Shown: positions 13,127 through 22,745 of the stretch, piece after piece | Numbering within the stretch: position 1 is the stretch's first letter | How the letters are laid out: the number at the start of each line of letters is the position of its first letter | Origin: a virus | Taxonomy: Duplodnaviria; Caudoviricetes | Virus record (IMG/VR): IMGVR_UViG_651703002_000001 | Coordinates: 64,001 to 128,000 of that record | Length of the DNA stretch: 64,000 nucleotides | Direction: 5' to 3' (one strand) | Translations under genes and position numbers: made by a program | The notes under the pieces: generated by a model | The model's input: the letters and a program-made list of their open reading frames with translations, nothing else | Database searches by the model: none | What the model was told of the DNA's origin: nothing

Positions 13127-16100
13127 TTAGTTAATGAACTCAAAGAACAAATCCCCTTCTTTCGGTGTAGCTGGTGCATCGGTTGCGAAATCACGGTAGT
13201 AATATGCGCGGGTCCATTCACCATCCTGTCTAACGTATTTATTCCCATCGTCAGGAGCCTCAAATTCATTTTTGGTAAGTATTTCATCACCATTTATGGT
13301 CATTTGAGTTGCGTTTACTCTTATAGGAACTGTAGAATCACCCAGTTGAATAAATTTCTCGATGGTAGGCTGAGAAATACTAAGCATATTAACCGACTGA
13401 CCTGAGATTGTTGTTGATATACCAAACGAGTTATTAGCTCCTACTTCGGTAATCTTCATTTGTGTAACTTTACCAGCAAACTCTAAGAATGTAGTATTGT
13501 CACCAATCTTCATCAACTTATCAACGCCAACAGTTTCAACTTTAGCAACGTCATATGTTCCGATCTTATATGCTTTTGTAGAGTTGATAACAACGTCTTT
13601 ATTGGGGTCCACACCATCATGGATTAGTGTCCATTGCTTCCCTTTCCGCGCATAGAAATTGGTATCGTTCGGCGCATCGTCTGCGTCAGTCCATACCTTA
13701 CTTGCACTACCAACCAAGCCAACATAAAGAGCACCGGTTGAGTAAACAGGAACTACGTTAGTTGCATCACCGATAACAAGAGAAGATGCACCGCGATCAA
13801 TTACACTACCCAGAGCCGTTGATATTTTTCTATTCAAAACAAAATCGTTTACAACACCTTCCAGTTTAACAAAGCCAGATGCCGCGCCGATATGAGTGGT
13901 TACACTTGCAGAATCTACAGATATCGCATTTACAACACCACCATTAGTGGTTGCTCTAATTGCAACGTTGGTTCCAAGTTGGATATCACGACCACCAACT
14001 TCTTGCCATGCACCAACACCATCGTCATTGACTCTTGCATAAGCTTTTCCTGATTGTGGAACTTCTGGAATATTTCCAGACCCACCAGATCCAGATGTAA
14101 TTACTTCCCATTGGTTATTTTTTCTTGCGTAAAAACTTCCATCGGAAGGTGCATCCATTCCTTGATGCCAAACCTTATAAAGAGTTGAAGCCGGTCCTTG
14201 TACATAGAAATCAGTGGATAATACGTTCTGTGCGTCTGCATCACCAAATATTATTTTATTTGAAGATTGAGAAACGACTGTACGTTCTGTATCTATTCCG
14301 ACATTAAACTTAATAGAACCCATGGGATCCAATACAAGTTTGTTGATATTGCTATCTATGGTCATAGTAGTTTGAGCAGAACCAAGAACAAAATCACTAC
14401 CAACCAGTTTTATAAAATCAGCGCCTGCATATCCAATTTTAGAATCTTGGTCTAAAGTAAAACCATTTTCTGGGTTTATGTCAGAAATATAACTGTTATA
14501 GTTACCAACGTGAAGAACTTCATATTCTCCATTACTAGTTAGGTATTTCAATGAAGAGTTATTTTTCCCACTGATAACGAAACTCTTATCCAGTTGACCA
14601 ACTGATACAGTTCTATCGGTAGATCCAAATAATATTTGTCCGAATTTTATAATATCAGAGGTTTGTTCTAGATATACGTTACCAATCAATTCTCCCAAGA
14701 CACGAACTTTAGTTGTTCCGTTATGTCCTATGGTAGGGATGTATTTCCCATCAGACCCAAGAGTGTAAGATAATACGTTAGTATCATCGGCAGCTTTTAT
14801 CTTATTATCTTCACCAAGTAGGAAATCAGTTTTAAATATGTTTCTCCAATCCCATTTAGTGCCGTCATATTCCCGCGCCCATGCAGAACGTGTTACCTGA
14901 TCTGTTGGGTTTGTCGCGTAGCCATTACCGGACTGATATTCTTGAAACATTCCGTCATACATTTCTTTTGAAGAAAGATAAACACCTTTCTTAACAAAAT
15001 CCACATCGGATGGCTTTTTAGAACCTTCCATCTTAACGTATAAACCTGTATTTGGATCCGAAACCGTTTTCTGAAGGTCTGAGATTGCAGTTCTATATTC
15101 AACGTTTACTGTTTCAGTCAGATTACCAACCCTATTATCCAAATCAGTAAAATGACCAGCTTCTCTTATATCAATAGCCCCAACTTTACCTTGCAAACCA
15201 TCAAGTGGACTGGCTCCCAATATAATTTCGTTTGTGGCGACTCGAAGACCCAGATCATTTATTTTCCCCCAAGCGGAAGGATTCAGAGTGGAATCGGCAG
15301 GAGATCCCAATGACCGGTCAATATCATCGATCTTGTTGGCGCTCTGCTTAGTTATATCTGCGATATAATCGATATCTTTCTTATTATTCTTAGAATAATC
15401 TATTAGTGTATCTATATCGATGTATGTCTCTGTTTCAACATCAAGATATTGCAGCGGAAATTCATCTAAACCTGTATGAGTTACTAGATTTTCAACAATC
15501 GGTGTATTAGTTTCTTCAGAGGATTCTAAACTATCGATTCGATTATATATCGTTTCCGGATTACCATTCGAATCACCCAATTCACTTCTTATTTGGTTAA
15601 CTTCTTCCATCAAAGACGCTGGGGTTGAATCGTCCCACCATTTTTCAAGAGCGGTAATTCTAGAGCCTTGGTTAACTAAAGAATTATAATTTCGCTCCAC
15701 TTGACCCTTAACACCATTGGCAGTAACGCCGGGGGCGGGATCCCCATCTATATTAAAATCGGTATAATTACCAATCATTCTTTTAATATGGAGATCGTCT
15801 TCCCTTAGAGTTCTATATCTCATAGAGGGATCGCCAACACCAATATTATCGGATATAGATTTTATCTTGACTTCAGTAACGGTATCAACATCCTTTAGGA
15901 TGGTTATTTCATTACTATGGGTTGTAGTAATGTCTTCTAACGCATCTACACGCTCATATAAATCAAGCCCATCACCCGAGTTTATAATCTCGTCATGTAT
16001 ATTGACTTTAGTTATAATCTCATTAACAGTCTCTAACATAGTATCTTGGTTTTTATCCAAAATATCTACGTTAGTTGATACTTGTACGGATGTTCTATTA

Positions 16101-16252
16101 ATAACACCACTTTTATCACCAACTATAGTTGGGTCTGCACCTACTGAACGTTCCCCATTTTTAACCCAGTCGATTTGTTGCTGACCGGAGCCAGCAACAG
16201 GAACTTCTGTGGTATATTTAAGATCGTCTAATATTGGTTTAATAATTTCCAT
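13127..16252 (-). CDS. wac: Fibritin (whisker protein), extended, about 1040 aa
   Basis: N-terminal IDWVKNGE...GVINR, long coiled coil, foldon motif EAPDDGNKYVRQDGEW; start MEIIKP follows TATAAATA and an RBS. Confidence 0.9.
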   Translation of the reverse strand: MEIIKPILDDLKYTTEVPVAGSGQQQIDWVKNGERSVGADPTIVGDKSGVINRTSVQVSTNVDILDKNQDTMLETVNEIITKVNIHDEIINSGDGLDLYERVDALEDITTTHSNEITILKDVDTVTEVKIKSISDNIGVGDPSMRYRTLREDDLHIKRMIGNYTDFNIDGDPAPGVTANGVKGQVERNYNSLVNQGSRITALEKWWDDSTPASLMEEVNQIRSELGDSNGNPETIYNRIDSLESSEETNTPIVENLVTHTGLDEFPLQYLDVETETYIDIDTLIDYSKNNKKDIDYIADITKQSANKIDDIDRSLGSPADSTLNPSAWGKINDLGLRVATNEIILGASPLDGLQGKVGAIDIREAGHFTDLDNRVGNLTETVNVEYRTAISDLQKTVSDPNTGLYVKMEGSKKPSDVDFVKKGVYLSSKEMYDGMFQEYQSGNGYATNPTDQVTRSAWAREYDGTKWDWRNIFKTDFLLGEDNKIKAADDTNVLSYTLGSDGKYIPTIGHNGTTKVRVLGELIGNVYLEQTSDIIKFGQILFGSTDRTVSVGQLDKSFVISGKNNSSLKYLTSNGEYEVLHVGNYNSYISDINPENGFTLDQDSKIGYAGADFIKLVGSDFVLGSAQTTMTIDSNINKLVLDPMGSIKFNVGIDTERTVVSQSSNKIIFGDADAQNVLSTDFYVQGPASTLYKVWHQGMDAPSDGSFYARKNNQWEVITSGSGGSGNIPEVPQSGKAYARVNDDGVGAWQEVGGRDIQLGTNVAIRATTNGGVVNAISVDSASVTTHIGAASGFVKLEGVVNDFVLNRKISTALGSVIDRGASSLVIGDATNVVPVYSTGALYVGLVGSASKVWTDADDAPNDTNFYARKGKQWTLIHDGVDPNKDVVINSTKAYKIGTYDVAKVETVGVDKLMKIGDNTTFLEFAGKVTQMKITEVGANNSFGISTTISGQSVNMLSISQPTIEKFIQLGDSTVPIRVNATQMTINGDEILTKNEFEAPDDGNKYVRQDGEWTRAYYYRDFATDAPATPKEGDLFFEFIN

Positions 16253-16290
16253 CAGGATTCCCTTATTTATATAAATCACTACTTTAGTAT

Positions 16291-17637
16291 TTAGGCTTGC
16301 GCATACACATCCTTATATCCATATACTCTCCACAATCTTGAGTTTTCTGAGGAAGTAAAGAATGTTCTTCCATCTGAACCAAATTTACCCATCCAATATA
16401 TTCCATCGGTTGAAAATACAAAGTAATTCACACGTTGTTGAAGTAGAGTTAATTCGGTTTTATCAAATGATTTTGTCACAAACCCATATTGATCATCTCC
16501 GGACCCTTCAAATATAATACCATCATAATTATCCCAACGATCATTTAATGAAAAGTTTCCGTTGGGTAGACCACCATTATAATTGAATAGTTGAGTAAGA
16601 ACCCGATTTGTCTTTTTAAATAAAGAACCATTGACAATTCTATTATTTATTTGAGTTTGAAGATTCGCATCCGCGCCATCAACATAATCTTTTCTTGTCA
16701 AAGCATTGGGATCTAACGATTGTGCTACGTTACTCCACATACCGTTCGCAGATATAGGAGCAGATATAGCCCCACCGGTAATCTTAGAAAGAAGGTTTGT
16801 TGCACCGTGGGCAGACAAAGCCTTATTGGTTGCCCCTGATTGAACCACGTCTAGAAGCGCTGTAATGCCGTATTGAGACGATGAAGCTATTGGTAGGGTA
16901 GCAGGACTAAGGGCAACATCGGTTGCTGTACGTGCGTTTGCTTGCGCCTGTGTAGCCATCACAACAGTACCGACCCTTGACTGGGTAGCTCTGGTTTCTA
17001 TAAATCCTTTCGGACTAACCGCAACCCCAACATGTAGGGCAGAATTTATAACTGGACTTGGGGATATTTTAACAACCCCATTTGTTGTTTCGGTTGCGGC
17101 GGCGGGGTTAGTGGTGATTGCAAATGTATCGATCATTGCCTTTACTACAAGCGGAGTTGTTACAGTTGTATTATCTGTACCAATTTGTCCAATTGCGGTA
17201 GTGGATAATTTAACCGATCCATTTTTGGTAGTAGTACCTAATGATTTGTTTCTTACAATATCCCATACACCGGCGGTATTCATACCAATAGAAACACTGG
17301 CAGACGCTTCAGCTCGTTCAGCTACGGTCGCGTATCTAACCAAACCCTTTACGGTATCAGATGCATCTGGTCTTATCCATTTAGCCTGTAATGTGGCTGG
17401 GGTTACAGTTGCATCAGTAACCATTCCCGCTAACACTTCAGCCTCGGTTGCTATTCTCAAAATACCCATTTTTGTGGTACTTGCTTTCATACTCTCATAT
17501 GTACCAATAGCATGAGGCTGAATAAGATTTGCCATCTTTTGTACATCAGTTGTATTAGATGGAAAATTAGTAGAGCTAGGATCTAGCTCCACCGATTCCG
17601 CTTTAGAACTGATATGTTGTTCTGTATTGTTTAACAT
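16291..17637 (-). CDS. 12: Short tail fibre gp12
   Basis: MLNNTEQHISSKA...NFPSNTTDVQ N-terminus and repeated ASxTxxGxxxxAT units; follows gene 11. Confidence 0.92.
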   Translation of the reverse strand: MLNNTEQHISSKAESVELDPSSTNFPSNTTDVQKMANLIQPHAIGTYESMKASTTKMGILRIATEAEVLAGMVTDATVTPATLQAKWIRPDASDTVKGLVRYATVAERAEASASVSIGMNTAGVWDIVRNKSLGTTTKNGSVKLSTTAIGQIGTDNTTVTTPLVVKAMIDTFAITTNPAAATETTNGVVKISPSPVINSALHVGVAVSPKGFIETRATQSRVGTVVMATQAQANARTATDVALSPATLPIASSSQYGITALLDVVQSGATNKALSAHGATNLLSKITGGAISAPISANGMWSNVAQSLDPNALTRKDYVDGADANLQTQINNRIVNGSLFKKTNRVLTQLFNYNGGLPNGNFSLNDRWDNYDGIIFEGSGDDQYGFVTKSFDKTELTLLQQRVNYFVFSTDGIYWMGKFGSDGRTFFTSSENSRLWRVYGYKDVYAQA

Positions 17638-18604
17638 TTATCCAATCCTTTTCCAGTAATATAATTTTACTACGCTGGTATCATTCGCGGTTTTATCTTC
17701 CGATAAAAACATATTCCAATATCCATACCCATATCTAGCAGGAGATCCGACCGACCAATCCATATTCATACCGTATTGGCTCCATGGCTCTGGGGTATGA
17801 TCTCGCATATCTCGATAAGCAAAAGTTAATTGTATCTGTTCCTAAAGGGACCACATCACGAACATATAGATCATTAGTTTGGAAATCCAATAGCATTTCT
17901 AACGTTGCGTCACGGACCGCAGTTGCACTAGAACCATCGGGAACTGTAACTCTACGCCCAAATATATCAAGAATAGCTACATCACCAGCGTTTGGTGAAC
18001 TAACTAAACCAGAAAAAACAAGGGTATCTAATTGAGGGGAACCGCCGGGGTCGGTATTATCAGTATTAATGATTATACTATTAACATTCAAACGTCCAAC
18101 ATAAGCCGCATCAGATATTGCATTTTGTACGGTAGGAAAATCTACATGTTTTGTAATATCCTGTAGTGTTGCGTTTCCGATATTCCAACAACCGAAAGTG
18201 TATCCATTACGGGTTTGTATAAATTCATGATCCGTGGATTTACGTGATCGAATCTTAGAACCATCACGCGCCCTTGTGGGTTTTCCGCTGGTTCTTCCAT
18301 CAAATACGGTTGCACTGGCTACGTCAGATTCTACCGTTGATGTAACTGCCCCTAGAGGATTCAATTCCTCAATTACTACTTTGTATTTGGTTTTTCCATA
18401 TGCCAAATTGGTAGGTGTTATTTTTAGATTATCAGTTGCAGCCGTTGGGTCGGCTACAACTGTCCAAGATATACCATCATTAGAAGAACTCCATTCATAC
18501 CGAACAGTATATTCCGGCAAATCTGAAGAAGCTAATACACTGAATTGGTAAGCACTTCCCGAGTAGTATGTAACATTACTCGGCTGTTTATAAATATTTA
18601 TCAT
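17638..18604 (-). CDS. 11: Baseplate wedge/tail pin gp11 with N-terminal Ig-like extension (apparent +1 indel near 17821)
   Basis: IGNATLQDITK...PTVQNAISD core; corrected C-terminus AYRDMRDH...GYGYW...LYYWKRIG. Confidence 0.88.
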
Positions 18605-20747
18605 ATTCTACCCTTAACCATCTATGGGCTGTAATTGTAGGTTGAACGATTTGGATCGGGTTTACTGTTGCACTTGGTCTAGTCAACACATAATCCTCTC
18701 TGTATTTTTTATATCCCGGTCCTTCTTCGTCTGGGTCATATTGACAACCACCAACTAGAATATCACCATCAGGATCTGATATAAGTGATTTCTCTGTACT
18801 TTTTGTACCGGGGGTATTTTCTGCCAGAATAACAATCTCATTCGATCCTATGGTTCCACCCGCACTGTGGCGAGGATTCCCGTTTAGATCCAAATCATTA
18901 TTATTCAATCCATATAATGGATCGTTCATATTTTGACTATTCCAACCAGCAACTGTCATTCCCTCTGCATATCGAACCCATACACCCATTCCCATATAAG
19001 ATTGTGGGTTATTTGGGTTGTCAGCATTTTCGTAAATGGTCCCGATTGGATGAAACATATCAAACAACATAGAAACCGTACTTACTTTAACACCGATTTG
19101 GTCATTCGGATCTGGAATAACAGTAGTAGGACCGGGTCTGAATGGATCAGAATACATAATCTTTCCAGTTATGTTAACTGGGGATGATGCAATATATCTC
19201 TCATCAGTTTCACCAAGTATTTCATCAAGTTCTAACAAGGACCCTATATCGTTATTAAACCAACGAATGGTAACAACATCTTCATGTTCCAATTCATCAT
19301 TTATAACGATATCTCTCATCATACCCGCAGAATCCGGAACTGGGCTATAATCCACACCAGAAGGAACCCAGACACCACCAGAACCAATACACGATTCCTC
19401 GGTTATTGCATCCGCACCCTCACATATAAAGAATGGGATATCAGCAGAACCAGATTTAACTAATTGACGACCGTTTACCAAAAGTTCCAACGTATTCGGG
19501 TTGAATGTTTCGTTTGGCTGGAATCCGAATTCGGTAATAGTGAATCGATATTTAGATGATAAATCACCAACATAACGTCTACCCGTCTCAGATACATAAT
19601 CTATAGGTGTTAGTTTGTTCGAATATACACGAATAGTCGCAGTTTCGTATGAACTTCTATATGTAGCCAAACCATCAAGGAAAGTCTCTACAATAACCAC
19701 ATCACCAGCTTCACAAGGTTTATCCAAACGTATTGTATAACCATCAAGAGCTGTTATTTTACTAACACCAACTTTTAAAGTAACGTTAGCAGTTCCTTTA
19801 AAAGCGGCTACGATTTCAGGAACTACACCAGTTGAAACGTATTCTTTAGATGATGGTGATTGTTTGAATATGTAATCTTTTCCGTTGAACGTTACCTTTA
19901 AGAAGTTTTGATTCAGGGGAGTTTTATTAAGATCAAAAAGAATATATGATAAGTTTTTAGTATCATCGATATAGAATTTTGTAATCTCAATATTTTCTAC
20001 TTTACCTGTCAAAACAGAACTAGCAACACCTTTAGTATATCCATACTTAGTGTTATCAAGTTTTTTAGGAGTAACTACTATATTGGATTGTGGTGCTGGA
20101 TTAACACCAACGATAGAACCGTAGTTAGATTCCGGACCGTAGTCTGCACCATAATAAAGAATGTTACCGCGCTTATATACGTTCACAGCAGCGGGATTAT
20201 ATCCTGATGGAAATATATCAGAAAAGTCGGTTTGACCTTCAGTAGCAATATATTCCCGTTTTGCTACAGTAGAAACGTCCCCAGATTTAATATCATCAAC
20301 GAACTTACTTGATACGTATTCCCAATTACCAGGAGAGCAATACACAAGCTCTACGTCCATACGGTTTTTATCTAATCTGTGAGTTCCAGATCCACCCTTA
20401 ACCGTGTTAAAACCCGCAGGGATCAACAGGACTGGGTTAGAACCCCATGTACCATTAACATCACGAATACGAACCACGTTACCGTAATCAGCAACGGTCC
20501 CTAGAGGTAGTTCTACTGTGATCCGACCTGTGGTTGTGTTGATAACCCAAGCCTGTCCCATAACCGCCTTTAGAGGCTTAGTATGGTCTGAATATGGCTT
20601 CCATGCACCAGCGGCATGGGGGATATTACCATCCCCCAGATTGTAATATAACTCGTTAAAGTTATCGTTTGTCTTCTGTCCCCCTTTGCGGAGATAATCA
20701 CCAGTTCCGTCATCAACACGGTTACCTATTATAATTTGCTGTTTCAT
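18588..20747 (-). CDS. 10: Baseplate wedge protein gp10
   Basis: MKQQIIIGNRVDDGTGDYLRKGGQK, ELVYCSPGNWEY, HPIGTIYEN, GGCQYDPD, VQPTITAHRWLRV. Confidence 0.93.
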   Translation of the reverse strand: MKQQIIIGNRVDDGTGDYLRKGGQKTNDNFNELYYNLGDGNIPHAAGAWKPYSDHTKPLKAVMGQAWVINTTTGRITVELPLGTVADYGNVVRIRDVNGTWGSNPVLLIPAGFNTVKGGSGTHRLDKNRMDVELVYCSPGNWEYVSSKFVDDIKSGDVSTVAKREYIATEGQTDFSDIFPSGYNPAAVNVYKRGNILYYGADYGPESNYGSIVGVNPAPQSNIVVTPKKLDNTKYGYTKGVASSVLTGKVENIEITKFYIDDTKNLSYILFDLNKTPLNQNFLKVTFNGKDYIFKQSPSSKEYVSTGVVPEIVAAFKGTANVTLKVGVSKITALDGYTIRLDKPCEAGDVVIVETFLDGLATYRSSYETATIRVYSNKLTPIDYVSETGRRYVGDLSSKYRFTITEFGFQPNETFNPNTLELLVNGRQLVKSGSADIPFFICEGADAITEESCIGSGGVWVPSGVDYSPVPDSAGMMRDIVINDELEHEDVVTIRWFNNDIGSLLELDEILGETDERYIASSPVNITGKIMYSDPFRPGPTTVIPDPNDQIGVKVSTVSMLFDMFHPIGTIYENADNPNNPQSYMGMGVWVRYAEGMTVAGWNSQNMNDPLYGLNNNDLDLNGNPRHSAGGTIGSNEIVILAENTPGTKSTEKSLISDPDGDILVGGCQYDPDEEGPGYKKYREDYVLTRPSATVNPIQIVQPTITAHRWLRVEYDKYL

Positions 20748-20752
20748 CGTTA

Positions 20753-21680
20753 TTATGCCCCCGATTGCATCAATAGATTTAACGTATACATCTATTGCTG
20801 TTTGACTGATATTAGTTACTGTCAAAATAACAGAACTTCCAGTTATACTATAAGTTGCATCAAATAGAAGGTTATCTTCCGGCTTTGATGGAGTTCTTGT
20901 TCGTATACGCGCATATTCAGTTGAATATACATTGGTGTCTGTATTACTGGTATTATTTACCATCAGTAAAGTTTCGCAAGATTCTTGATGTACAGATGCA
21001 CCACGCTGAGTTACAAATAACATATGCTTTACTACGTTATATTGAGCTTTATTGAAAAGAACTACGTTACGTTGAGCACCAGCGGCTATATTAAGAATAT
21101 TGGCAGCGTATGAAGTAGCACTATCACCAAACATAGAATCTAATTTATAATTCCATTTAGAACCGGCTGGACTACCTTCTGTAACCCACAATCTAATTCT
21201 AAAGTTGGTTCTATTGATTACCATTCTGTTACCCAACGATCCGATAGAATCTCCGGTCCCAGTAGTTTTGATAATTACCTCTCTACCGGTTCCAAATCCT
21301 ACGGAACCATCAGTATTGACCAACTCAATACATTCCCCCGCATGACCACTACCAGCAGGAAGGTTTATTGTAATATCACCCGCACCATCTCTTGTAACTG
21401 ATATATCATGCATAGACCCAAAATCTACAGGGTTACCTGATGGCTGTTCTGAACCTGCATAATACGCTCTTGTATGTTTCTGGTAATAACCGGTTCCATG
21501 CAATGTTTGTACTCGGTTTCCAAATCCAGAAGTTTTACCTATTCTATAATCCCCGAACACGTTCCACATACTATTCAGATCTGCGTTTAGTTTTTCACCA
21601 CCATCAAATAGTGTATCACCCGTTCCCTCTTGACCACGTATACCAGTATCGATTAGCTCTTTTGGTTTTTGAATCGACAT
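20753..21680 (-). CDS. 9: Baseplate tail-fibre connector gp9 (appears fused to gp10 by a probable extra G)
   Basis: QKPKELIDTG...TGDTLFDGGEKLN, HGTGYYQKH, STEYA; removing one G from GGGGG gives IGA-TAA-TAA just before the gp10 ATG. Confidence 0.9.
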
Positions 21681-21728
21681 TATTTTATCCTCGTTGATAG
21701 ATTACTTTAGTATTTAGGGTTTTGAAAT

Positions 21729-21763
21729 AAAAATCCCCAGCCGTTTAAGACTGGGGATTTTTT
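21729..21763 (-). terminator. Rho-independent terminator after gene 8
   Basis: AAAAATCCCCAG...CTGGGGATTTTT. Confidence 0.8.
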
Positions 21764-22745
21764 AAAAACTAAACACTACGTTAAATTCTTCGGTTTGATC
21801 TCTCGAACGAATTACCGGTTGTCTATTATCCATGTATATGATATTTCCTGTATGCCTCTCCAATTGAGAAGGTACATAGCTCATTGCAGTTGCTTTTACG
21901 TCCGGATCGCTAGGGTTTGCTTTGGCAAGTAACGGATTATAAATAATCCCCATTTGACGAAAACCGGTATTTCCTATCTTACTAGAAGCAGGAAAATTAT
22001 AACTATCAAAATATGCTCGGAATCTCAAAGTGCTACATCTGATTCTATTCAACAAATTGTAATCATTCGGATACCAAGTTATAACATGCTGATATCCCCA
22101 AGCGGAAGGATCCGCTTTAAGTTCGTCCGGTGTTGGTACAACAATATATTCGTTAGAACAATCGTTAATAGCAACATCTGACGGGATGGTATATAGATAT
22201 TCCCAAATGTACCCATCTTTCATATCAACACCATCAGATTTTCCGACAGGTAATATACTTTCGTGTGATGGAGTCCAATCACCCCCAACTTTCAAACAGT
22301 CTGTTTTATTGATTATAGAAGTGATAGAACATGCCCCATCTTCCGGAACATCAACACATCGATACACAATCCACCCAGAACCAATTTCAGTTCTGTTATA
22401 TGGAGCAGTGTTAGTAACCACGATATCATTGATATGGAAAGTGTATGGATTTGAATATCGTTGATCTCCCCAATCATTACGAGAAACTACAGGACGGATC
22501 ATCTCTTTTTGTATTTTTACCGCCCCCAACATCCTAGCCCACACATCAGAATATCCCTCAGTTGTATCGTCTGGATATGGGGGAGCAAATTTAGGATCAG
22601 ATTCGTTATCTGCCCAAGCTTGATCCCTCCCAAAATACGCATAAAGTGTATTTTTAGTGGGGTCATCCCCCACTAATGCATAGAAGTTAAGCAGGTTTGA
22701 TACCCTAAAATCGCTGGTAACAACCGCTCTATAAATTACTGACAT
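21762..22745 (-). CDS. 8: Baseplate wedge protein gp8
   Basis: SVIYRAVVTSDFR, PPYPDD, DGYIWEYLYTIP, GFRQ, NRQPVIRSRDQTEE. Confidence 0.96.
   Translation of the reverse strand: MSVIYRAVVTSDFRVSNLLNFYALVGDDPTKNTLYAYFGRDQAWADNESDPKFAPPYPDDTTEGYSDVWARMLGAVKIQKEMIRPVVSRNDWGDQRYSNPYTFHINDIVVTNTAPYNRTEIGSGWIVYRCVDVPEDGACSITSIINKTDCLKVGGDWTPSHESILPVGKSDGVDMKDGYIWEYLYTIPSDVAINDCSNEYIVVPTPDELKADPSAWGYQHVITWYPNDYNLLNRIRCSTLRFRAYFDSYNFPASSKIGNTGFRQMGIIYNPLLAKANPSDPDVKATAMSYVPSQLERHTGNIIYMDNRQPVIRSRDQTEEFNVVFSF

Noticed and set aside
18588-21680. Apparent 1030-aa gp9-gp10 fusion protein
   Set aside because: Removing one G from GGGGG (20758-20762) gives a normal gp9 end with TAA TAA before the gp10 ATG; fits the other homopolymer errors
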